Assembly (NCBI GenBank): GCA_021769425.1
Contig: JAETSX010000003.1
Span: 69,678 to 133,677, forward strand
Source of the DNA: Eubacterium sp.
Lineage (GTDB): Bacteria; Bacillota; Clostridia; Lachnospirales; Lachnospiraceae
Length of the DNA: 64,000 nucleotides
Direction: 5' to 3'
A model generated the notes under the pieces. It was not told the origin of the DNA. It searched no databases and saw only the letters and a list, made by a program, of their open reading frames with translations. This document shows, one piece after another, positions 53,539 to 61,624 of the stretch; positions within the stretch are counted from its first letter, which is position 1, and each line of letters begins with the position of its first letter. Position numbers and translations under genes: made by a program.

Positions 53539-55238
53539 TGTACCCTTTGTCAAGTACAAAAAGTTTTTGTATTGGTCAATACTGCCATGTTCACATGCTA
53601 GTGCTGCTTGCAGCTCTTAACTACCCGTTTGTATATCCGGCAGGTGGTGTCAAAGCCACCGCAGGTGAGGCAAAGTTGGTGCCTTAACACCGCCTGCCGG
53701 ATATGCCATCTAATCGTTGTTTGATGGCAGCTATTGGGGCTGGTTCCTCTATTACTTCCAAAGGATATTCACTTGCCATAATATAAATGTAATACTCATT
53801 TGATGACAGCCTAGCAAGCTGCCATTGGTAACGGTTATTGCTATAGCACTCTATCCAATCATCAATGACTGCCTTTACATTAGGGAAATCCCTGCTCCCA
53901 GACAGGTCAACCTCATCTTTTATGTGGTCGAAAAAACTCTCCTGCGGTGCATTGTCCCAGCAGTTGCCTTTCCTGGACATGGACTGCCTGAGCTGTGTAT
54001 TCCTAACAATCTGTATGAACTGGCAGCTTGTGTAATGGTATTCCTGGTCGCTGTGGATGATGGTTTCCGCACTGAGTAATATCCCATGCTCCCGAACCAG
54101 GGCATGCACATTCTCCAGGACAAAATCTATTTCAAGCGACTCGCTGACCCCTGTATGCAAGGACCTACTTCGTGAAAGCATCCAGGATGGTAGACAGATA
54201 GCAGAATGTGCCATGATACGGAACATAGGTAATGTTTGTCAGGAGTGCTTTTCTTGCACAGTGTGCCTCAAACTCCCTGTTCAGCAGGTTTCCGGCAACA
54301 TTGTTCGTCTGAAGTGCCTTCGCCATCCTGCGGTAAGGGTTTGCTTTCCTAATTGGACAGAACAGCCTATATTTGTCCATAAGGTGCCGTATTTTTTTAC
54401 GTTCATCCGCACGGGCGGATCGCTCTGGAGGAGACGCATATAAATGCTCCTTGCTTCTTTCTGATAGCCGCGGAAACAGTATGCTTCCAGCACCAGTGCA
54501 AAATCCGCCCTGTCTTTTTTCTTACGTGCCTGCTTGGCTTCTTCCACTTTTAGCCAGCTGTAGTACCCTGATCTGGATATCGCGGCGATCTCACAGAGAA
54601 GCGAAACGCTCAACTCATTTTCATGCTGGGAAATCACTTTTCGTATAACCTCGAATTTTACGCCTGTTTTTCCCATGACTACATCCCCCGTTTTGGCAAA
54701 CTGCCCGTATTCATAATTTTTTACAAACTCCATTTTCTGCCGGAGGTAAAGCAGCCCATGCTGCATCAGTTCCACTGCCTGATCCTTTGGGATTGAGGAG
54801 TAGTGTGTGAAATGGGGCCTGCGTTTCCTACTGGGCGCATTGCCCTCATGCAGCCCTTCGGGGGATCCTTCCTCTTTTCTGATATGGTCCCGTATGGCCT
54901 GCACACACCGTTTCCTGAGCGCATCAACATCTTACCCAAGATCCGTAAGGCTCCTTGGCGGGTACTGGACTGCCTGGTAGCGTTTCCAGAACTCTTTTTT
55001 GAATTCCAGCGTAAAACGTATTGTACTTTCAGAAATTCTGTATGTGTAAGGGTTTAATTGAAAAATGTTTATCTGCTGTTTGGTAAACTTGCTATGGTTG
55101 CGTGTCACTGCGGTTGTCCCTCCATATTAACTAAATGCAAAGTCACTGTCTAATATTTAGGATTCCCATAAATCTTCTGTCTATTACTTGGGAGTTCCTA
55201 TGATTTACACAAACTTTGTGTCAAGTTTTATGGGTACG
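53539..55238 (-). mobile_element. IS3-family insertion sequence, decayed copy; boundaries approximate
   Basis: Imperfect terminal inverted repeats: TGTACCCTTTGTCAAGTACAAAAAGTTT at 53539, and the reverse complement of aaactttgtgtcaagttttatgggtac ending at about 55237. OrfA/orfB-type genes lie inside. Confidence 0.55.
53684..55108 (-). pseudogene. IS3-family transposase orfA/orfB, inactivated
   Basis: DDE core HSDQEYHYTS...SMSRKGNCWDNAPQESFF and an A7 slippery run at 54392-54398, which is expected for the family. Lesions: in-frame TAA at 54932-54934, in-frame TAG at 54165-54167, and a likely 1-nt insertion in the cccc run at 54148-54151. Confidence 0.7.
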
Positions 55239-55420
55239 TTTTATGTAAATTATCTATATACTAGAGTCGAATCAGGTTAAATTTTAGTATTTTATATAGA
55301 TAATTTTATGATAGATGATTGAACCATACAAGGGGCTTTTAAATATAATTCCAAAAGTCAATGAAATTATACTTCATCCAAGTTTAAAAAATTATGTTTA
55401 CCTGAAGTTAACAATTTTTC

Positions 55421-55450
55421 TTGACAAAGTAAGGGGGGGGGGGGTAAACT
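55421..55450 (+). promoter_or_regulatory. Promoter whose -35/-10 spacer consists mostly of a G12 tract
   Basis: TTGACA (55421-55426), an 18-nt spacer aagtaa+G12, then TAAACT (55445-55450). GGGAGG and ATG 55474 lie downstream. Confidence 0.6.
55433..55444. repeat. Homopolymeric G12 tract
   Basis: 12 consecutive G read directly, in an otherwise AT-rich region. Confidence 0.95.
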
Positions 55451-55473
55451 AATAAAAAATCTAGGGAGGTAGT

Positions 55474-55731
55474 ATGGTGTATTTTTTTAGAGGCGTTATG
55501 CAAGATATTCTTGTGAAGAAAAAAACGAATGAAGAAGCAAGCGTCAGGAGGAATAAATGGGAGTGTTTTAGAAATGTTTTAGCGGCATCTTCAAAAAAAA
55601 ATATTGTTTGGCTTATGTTATTTTCTTTGCTGCTGTCTACTTGTTTTTTTACCTATATAAATGCATTCATAAATAAAATTATGCCCAGAGACGAACTTAT
55701 GGTTACAAAACAGGGAAGAGTGGAATTATGA
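55474..55731 (+). CDS. Small membrane-anchored protein (85 aa); possibly the detached N-terminus of the next gene
   Basis: A single TM (IVWLMLFSLLLSTCFFTYINAFI), with an RBS upstream. No homology recognised. Confidence 0.35.
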   Translation: MVYFFRGVMQDILVKKKTNEEASVRRNKWECFRNVLAASSKKNIVWLMLFSLLLSTCFFTYINAFINKIMPRDELMVTKQGRVEL

Positions 55732-55744
55732 GAATAATGTAATT

Positions 55745-57469
55745 TTGGGCAAAACTAAGGGAAGTTCGATTGCGATACCAATAGTGAGGGCTCCCAATGG
55801 GGGGATCAGCGTTTGGTGTCAGGCATCTTCAGGGGAAATAAATGTTGGCGTGGGCGGAGAAGTAAAACATTATGAACTGTATTCAGAAGAGGGAGCCTAT
55901 ATACAGATTACGCCCTTTGAAGACAGTTTTATTTCCGTATTGGTTACAATAGTGGTCTATTCTATTCTGGCATGCCTTGTAATGATTTTACTGATTCTTG
56001 GGGTAAGTTTTTTTCAATATATATGTGTTAATTTTAAGGAGCCTCAATATGAATATTGGATGTTGGTGCTGGTGTTATTCATAGGTACTTATTTATTTGA
56101 TGTTATTTGGTATAGGAGAGGGATTGTGAATTTTAATGCCTTTGGGGATCAGCCATATTATTGGGAGAAGGGAGGAGCGTTTGCTCAGATAGGCATCACC
56201 AGGGAAATGATTGTTGAGGAATTGAAATCAATTGCATGTTTTAGAGGATACGGTAATTTTTTGCCAAGTTTTATTGCACAGTTTATTGGAAATAGGTTTC
56301 ATGTGGATGCTTATATTATTTATTTTCTGTTTCCGTCTTTAACGAATGCTGTGTTGTTTGGCTATATCCTTCCAAAGATTTATGAAATCTTTCATGGAAA
56401 AAAGGTTTTTAGGTGGCAGATTTTAATGGCGCTATGCGGTTTTATGATTTTGTATAAAGGGCAATTGGTAGGTCTATTAGGAGATTTTTATGGCTTAACT
56501 CTTTATTTGGCGGGAACGTTATATGCAATATTGATTTTTAGAACGGGAGATAGGAAATATGCTGTTGTCAGCGGTGCATGTTTCTCATTATGTTTAACGA
56601 TACGGACTAGTTATTTAATAGGAGTTGTGTTGTTTATAGTTTTAATGGTGATTATGACAGTGCTAAATTTCACGGGAAAATTACAGCGTAATAATATTTA
56701 TATGATGGGTGAAATGTCAGGAAAATGTGCTGCAGGAATAATTGCTGCGTTTACGGCATCGTTCTTGTGTGTATGTATCCCTCAGGTGTATATTAATGGA
56801 CTGCAGGGGCATAGAGGGCTTTTTGCTTATGATAAAGATGGGGCATATGGAACACAATCTACCACATTGTTGGAGCAGTCGGCGGATTATGCTTTAAGAG
56901 GATATCTAGCAGGCTATCCCTATAGCATCTATGATAAACAAATCCATTCTATCAGACAGGAGGCAGGATATCGGGATGATAAAGAAATGACGATGGCGCA
57001 GTGTTTTGATGCATATGCCAAAAGCCCGGTAGATACATTGGCGGCTATATTAAAAAGGGCTTTTGCAATGGTGGATGCCAAAACTAATATAATATTACCT
57101 GATGAAAGATGGTATACGCACACAAAATACTATATATTTAGCACCATAAATTATGTTTTTATTGCAGCAGCGTTATTTACTTTTTTAAATAAACGATTAA
57201 GACGGTTATTGTATAAAAAAGCGGAACTACTTTTTTGGGGAGTGATTCTAATAGGGCCTATAGCTCCGCTATTGGCGGCAAAGGTGGAGTGGAGAGAAGC
57301 GATAGTTGGATATCTTTTTTATATAAGCTATGTGTGCGCGTTTTGTTTTACGGGAAGTATTTATGATGAAGAGAAGAAAAGGGCAATAAGAGAGAGTAAT
57401 TTTCTTCCGTTTTTAACATGTACAGTATTAATCTTTCATACAGTTTCGCTTACTATGTATCATTATTAA
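55745..57469 (+). CDS. Large polytopic membrane protein, candidate GT-C-type transferase of the decoration module
   Basis: More than 12 hydrophobic segments. The only available start is TTG or another non-ATG codon before the first TM. Its position is equivalent to ArnT/GtrC-type genes. Confidence 0.35.
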   Translation: MGKTKGSSIAIPIVRAPNGGISVWCQASSGEINVGVGGEVKHYELYSEEGAYIQITPFEDSFISVLVTIVVYSILACLVMILLILGVSFFQYICVNFKEPQYEYWMLVLVLFIGTYLFDVIWYRRGIVNFNAFGDQPYYWEKGGAFAQIGITREMIVEELKSIACFRGYGNFLPSFIAQFIGNRFHVDAYIIYFLFPSLTNAVLFGYILPKIYEIFHGKKVFRWQILMALCGFMILYKGQLVGLLGDFYGLTLYLAGTLYAILIFRTGDRKYAVVSGACFSLCLTIRTSYLIGVVLFIVLMVIMTVLNFTGKLQRNNIYMMGEMSGKCAAGIIAAFTASFLCVCIPQVYINGLQGHRGLFAYDKDGAYGTQSTTLLEQSADYALRGYLAGYPYSIYDKQIHSIRQEAGYRDDKEMTMAQCFDAYAKSPVDTLAAILKRAFAMVDAKTNIILPDERWYTHTKYYIFSTINYVFIAAALFTFLNKRLRRLLYKKAELLFWGVILIGPIAPLLAAKVEWREAIVGYLFYISYVCAFCFTGSIYDEEKKRAIRESNFLPFLTCTVLIFHTVSLTMYHY

Positions 57470-57527
57470 ATGAAAAAGTTTGACGGATTTTAAATATTGC
57501 CATCTTATCAGAGAAGGAGAAAGAGGA

Positions 57528-58655
57528 ATGGTTCCATTTAATGTACCGCCCTATTTGGGGTCTGAATTAGATTATATAAAGGATGTTGTGAGGGAGCGCA
57601 AGATATGCGGGGATGGCGCCTATACGAAAAAGTGCAATGCCTGGTTGGAAGAGCATACTGGGACGAAAAAGGCTTTGCTTACCACTTCTTGTACACATGC
57701 CACGGAGATGGCTGCGTTACTCTGCAAAGTTGGGCCGGGAGATGAAGTCATAATGCCATCGTATACCTTCGTGTCTACGGCAGATGCATTTGTCCTTCGG
57801 GGAGCAACGGTGGTTTTTGTGGACATCAGGCCAGATACGATGAATATTGACGAAACATTGATAGAAGCTGCCATTACAGATAAAACTAAGGCGATTGTGC
57901 CAGTTCATTATGCAGGTGTGTCATGCGAGATGGATGTTATTATGAAAATTGCAGAACGATATCATTTATTTGTAATCGAAGACGCTGCGCAGGGGCTCAT
58001 GAGCACATATAAAGGAAAAGCGCTTGGCGCTATAGGAGATTTTGGCTGCTACAGCTTTCATGAAACGAAAAACCTTTCTATGGGGGAAGGCGGGGCGTTG
58101 CTTATAAAAAATGAAAAGGATATTGAAACGGCGGAAATTATACGCGAAAAGGGAACGAATCGCAGTAAATTTTTTCGAGGGCAAATTGATAAGTATACAT
58201 GGGTGGAACAGGGCTCATCGTATTTGCCAAGCGAGCTTAATGCGGCATATCTTTATGCTCAGCTGGAAAGAGGAAATGAAATGATTAATAACCGAGTTGC
58301 AAGCTGGAACAATTACTATGAGGAACTGAAACCATTGGCGGATGCAGGGAAAATAGATCTTCCAACGATACCTAAGGAGTGTACCCATAATGGGCATATG
58401 TTTTATATTAAAACAAAGAATCTTAAGGAACGTTCCGAGTTTCTTTCATTCATGAGGGAGAATAATGTTGGATGCGTATTCCATTACATACCGCTTCACA
58501 CATCGCCGGCGGGTAAAAGATATGGGCGATTTGTGGGTGAGGACAAGTATACCACAAAAGAAAGTGAACGTCTTGTAAGATTGCCTATGTACTATGGATT
58601 AAAAAAAGAAGATTGCCAGAAAGTGTGTGAGAAAGTGAAGGATTTTTATAAGTAG
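57528..58655 (+). CDS. wecE: dTDP-4-amino-4,6-dideoxygalactose transaminase
   Basis: MVPFNVPPYLGSELDYI...GDEVIMPSYTFVSTADAFVLRGATVVFVDIRPDTMNIDETLIEAAITDKTKAIVPVHYAGV...IIREKGTNRSKFFRGQIDKYTW is nearly collinear with E. coli WecE as I recall it. Confidence 0.8.
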   Translation: MVPFNVPPYLGSELDYIKDVVRERKICGDGAYTKKCNAWLEEHTGTKKALLTTSCTHATEMAALLCKVGPGDEVIMPSYTFVSTADAFVLRGATVVFVDIRPDTMNIDETLIEAAITDKTKAIVPVHYAGVSCEMDVIMKIAERYHLFVIEDAAQGLMSTYKGKALGAIGDFGCYSFHETKNLSMGEGGALLIKNEKDIETAEIIREKGTNRSKFFRGQIDKYTWVEQGSSYLPSELNAAYLYAQLERGNEMINNRVASWNNYYEELKPLADAGKIDLPTIPKECTHNGHMFYIKTKNLKERSEFLSFMRENNVGCVFHYIPLHTSPAGKRYGRFVGEDKYTTKESERLVRLPMYYGLKKEDCQKVCEKVKDFYK

Positions 58656-59009
58656 ATGATGAAACAAGAGAGGATAAAAGTGTACATTGAATTGCACATA
58701 TTGCTCTTGATTTATTCTTTAGGTGCAGTATGTTCGAAATATGCGGGGCAAAATGAATTTTTGTCCGGCGGGTTTATATTTTATTATGGATTAGTGCTGC
58801 TCGACTTAGCCATATATGCAATTGCTTGGCAGCAGATATTGAAAAAACTGCCTTTAGTAACAGCTTATGCAAATAAGGCTGTTACAATTATCTGGGGGTT
58901 ACTGTGGGGAACGTTGATTTTTAAAGAGAAAGTGACTGTTTGGAATATTATTGGAGCAATTATAATAGTAGTTGGGATATATCTGGTGGTGATGGAAGAT
59001 GCGGGATGA
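58656..59009 (+). CDS. Small 4-TM EamA/SMR-like protein (ArnE-like flippase subunit)
   Basis: 117 aa with 4 hydrophobic segments. It is paired with a second gene of similar size that overlaps it by 11 nt. Confidence 0.55.
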   Translation: MMKQERIKVYIELHILLLIYSLGAVCSKYAGQNEFLSGGFIFYYGLVLLDLAIYAIAWQQILKKLPLVTAYANKAVTIIWGLLWGTLIFKEKVTVWNIIGAIIIVVGIYLVVMEDAG

Positions 59010-59346
59010 TTTGGGATATGTGGTTATATTTCTGGCAGCAGTTTTAATGTCATCTATATCACAAATTTTATTAAAAAAAAGTGCGGAACAAGAATGTGAA
59101 AGTAGGATAAAAGAATATCTGAATATTCCTGTTATCGTAGCGTATGGATTGTTATTCTGTTCATCGCTTGTTATAGTTCTGGCTTATAGAGGGGTTCCAT
59201 TGAATATGGGACCCGTATTGGAAGCGACAGGATATATATGGGTTTCGATTTTAGGTGTGATATTTTTAAAAGAACATATTAAAGGGAAGAAAATATTGGG
59301 TTTAATAGTAATTATAATAGGAATATTTATTTTTAATATATCATAG
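58999..59346 (+). CDS. Small 4-TM EamA/SMR-like protein (ArnF-like flippase subunit)
   Basis: 115 aa with 4 hydrophobic segments, overlapping the previous gene. Confidence 0.55.
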   Translation: MRDDLGYVVIFLAAVLMSSISQILLKKSAEQECESRIKEYLNIPVIVAYGLLFCSSLVIVLAYRGVPLNMGPVLEATGYIWVSILGVIFLKEHIKGKKILGLIVIIIGIFIFNIS

Positions 59347-59355
59347 GAGAAAAGG

Positions 59356-60291
59356 ATGAAATTACTAAGTTTTGTTATACCTTGTTATAGAAGTGAAAAA
59401 ACGATAGAAAAAGTTATTGATGAAATTATTTTTGTTGTTGGAAAAAGGGCAGAGTATGATTATGAAATAATAGCAGTAAACGATTGCTCGCCGGACAATG
59501 TATATGAAGTGCTTAAGAATTGCGCCTTGCAAAACTCCAAGATTAAAATTGTTAATTTAGCAAGAAATGTTGGAAAGCATGCTGCGGTTATGGCTGGATA
59601 CGCATTTGTTAATGGTGAGTATATTATTAATTTAGATGATGATTTTCAATGTCCTGTATATGAGCTATGGAATCTTCTCGCTCCCCTTTTAGCGAATGAT
59701 GCAGATATTGCTACTGCGGAATATAAAATAAAGAAAGAATCAATATTGAAACGTTTTGGCAGTAATGTGAACCTTTGGTTTTCAGAACGGATGTTGGATA
59801 AGCCTAAAGGCATTCGTTTTGAAAATTTTAGTGCTATGAAAAGGTTTGTTTGTGAAGAAGTTAAGAATTATAAAAATCCATATCCTTATTTAGAGGGGCT
59901 TTTAATGGGGGTTTCTAAGCAAATTGTTACTGTGCCTATGGAAAATCGAAAACGAGCGGATGACAATATTTCAGGATTTACTATGATTAAATCAATATCG
60001 TTGTTTGTAAATGGATTGACAACATTTTCAACTAAGCCTCTTAGAATAGCCTCTTTTATAGGGTTTTTATTTGCTGTTATAGGATTTGTTTATGGTGTAG
60101 CTATTGTTATTCAAAAATTAGTAAATCCGGATGTGCTTTTAGGGTACAGTTCTATTATGGCAGTTATTATTTTTTCTAGTGGAATTATGATGATGATACT
60201 TGGGATGATTGGGGAGTATGTGGGGCGTATCTATATAAGCCTTAATAATTCACCGCCCCAATATGTGATTAAAGAAAAGATTAATTTATAA
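59356..60291 (+). CDS. ArnC/GtrB-like GT2 polyprenyl-phosphate sugar transferase
   Basis: LSFVIPCYRSEKTIEKVI...IIAVNDCSPDN...NLARNVGKHAAVMAGYAFVNGEYIINLDDDFQCP, plus two C-terminal TMs. Confidence 0.7.
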   Translation: MKLLSFVIPCYRSEKTIEKVIDEIIFVVGKRAEYDYEIIAVNDCSPDNVYEVLKNCALQNSKIKIVNLARNVGKHAAVMAGYAFVNGEYIINLDDDFQCPVYELWNLLAPLLANDADIATAEYKIKKESILKRFGSNVNLWFSERMLDKPKGIRFENFSAMKRFVCEEVKNYKNPYPYLEGLLMGVSKQIVTVPMENRKRADDNISGFTMIKSISLFVNGLTTFSTKPLRIASFIGFLFAVIGFVYGVAIVIQKLVNPDVLLGYSSIMAVIIFSSGIMMMILGMIGEYVGRIYISLNNSPPQYVIKEKINL

Positions 60292-60484
60292 TGGTTTCAA
60301 TAAAGGGAAAATAGAAATTTGATTATCTTGCGATATGGTGTTTTTTGACATTTTCAATGGATATAGATTGAAAAGGAATTTTGTCGTTGGAGAATAAAAT
60401 AATATGCAAAATCATTATGTTGTAGGAAATGAGTTTTCAGAAAACGAAGGTGTATATTTAAAAACGGAATAGGAGAAAGCGGAT

Positions 60485-61405
60485 ATGAATGTTACGTCAT
60501 TTGTGGATAATAATTATAGATATATCAGGAGTTTTATAAATAGGGATTATGGTGTTTTGGCAGAGCAGATAAAGAAAGAAAAAAATATTTTATCTTATTA
60601 TGAGGAAAAGGATGATTTGTTAGTAGGATATAGAATTGAAAAAAATAATTCAGTGAGCAATATATATGGATTTGATTGTTATGTAGTCAGGTTCTATTTT
60701 GCGAACGTATCTACATTGCACAATGAATATCAGGAAATGCTATATCAGAATTTGCTAAAGAATTTAAAGAAAGAAATGGAAAAGAGGAATGGATACTATA
60801 ACTTGCGGATTCCTACTCATATGGTTGATATGGTAAAAGCGTTTAATGGGGTGTTTGAAAAACCTATTTTTTGTGGAGGAACAGTTGAAGAATTTATATT
60901 TAATAAACAGGTTGGTCAGAGTAATAGAAACCAATTAAATATATTTGAAGCGGAGCGAAGATATTTACAGAACAATAAAGAATTATTACTTAAGATGACG
61001 TATGAGTCATTTGCGACTTACCAAGGTCAATATCATATTTCAGGCGTGACAGAATATCAGGCTGGAAAAATATATGAGAACTGGATTAACGATAGTCTGA
61101 GTGGCGAATCAGGGGATAAGATTATTGTGGCAGAATTTGAGAACCGACCAATCGGCTTTGTAACCATTGGGGAAGATGATTTTTCAGTTGAAGGGATATT
61201 GTCTGCCGTTTCTAGTGAGAATAGGCAATTAGGGGCATATAGGTCAATGATTACGTATATTATAAATTATGCGTATTTAAGAGGAAAAGCATTTATTACA
61301 AGTACACAGTTCGATAATTTTATCGTACAGGGAACTTGGAATTCATTAGGATTACGGCCTTTTTACTCCATATATAATATGCATTTAGATTATCGAAAAA
61401 TTTGA
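60485..61405 (+). CDS. GNAT-fold acyltransferase with an N-terminal extension, possibly a WecD-like dTDP-fucosamine acetyltransferase
   Basis: C-terminal IIVAEFENRPIGFVTIGEDD...RQLGAYRSMITYIINYAYLRGKAFITSTQ is a GNAT core. The gene sits in a wecE context. Confidence 0.4.
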   Translation: MNVTSFVDNNYRYIRSFINRDYGVLAEQIKKEKNILSYYEEKDDLLVGYRIEKNNSVSNIYGFDCYVVRFYFANVSTLHNEYQEMLYQNLLKNLKKEMEKRNGYYNLRIPTHMVDMVKAFNGVFEKPIFCGGTVEEFIFNKQVGQSNRNQLNIFEAERRYLQNNKELLLKMTYESFATYQGQYHISGVTEYQAGKIYENWINDSLSGESGDKIIVAEFENRPIGFVTIGEDDFSVEGILSAVSSENRQLGAYRSMITYIINYAYLRGKAFITSTQFDNFIVQGTWNSLGLRPFYSIYNMHLDYRKI

Positions 61406-61540
61406 TGATCATAGAGTCCCTTTTTAAAGTAAGCGTAAAATAAACTGACGGAGGAGACTGTAAAAAATTTTGTATCTATGAATTTTAGACTTTTCCGATA
61501 AGAAGTTAGTAAGCGCTTAATAAAATAGCGGATATGCAAA

Positions 61541-61595
61541 ATCTCGCAGTTCCTATACAATAGTGATAAGAACTGCGAGATATTTCTATTTTATA
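61541..61595 (+). terminator. Hairpin plus T-rich tail, a terminator candidate (may belong to the IS66 end region)
   Basis: 12-bp perfect stem atctcgcagttc/gaactgcgagat (61541-61581), then atttctatttta. Confidence 0.5.
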
Positions 61596-61624
61596 CTTGC
61601 CAGATGCAAGCGTTTTACTCTATA

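Noticed and set aside
53633-53704. 72-nt cloverleaf-looking inverted repeat, considered as a tRNA or tRNA-like att site
   Set aside because: It has no T-loop (GTTCRA) or D-loop consensus. Its arm lengths are wrong for a tRNA, and it overlaps the 3' end of the IS3 transposase frame.
60404-60472. 22-codon ORF (MQNHYVVGNEFSENEGVYLKTE) with an upstream GGAGA, in the spacer before the WecD-like gene
   Set aside because: It is too short and featureless to call. It could be a leader peptide or chance, and there is no supporting repeat or structure.
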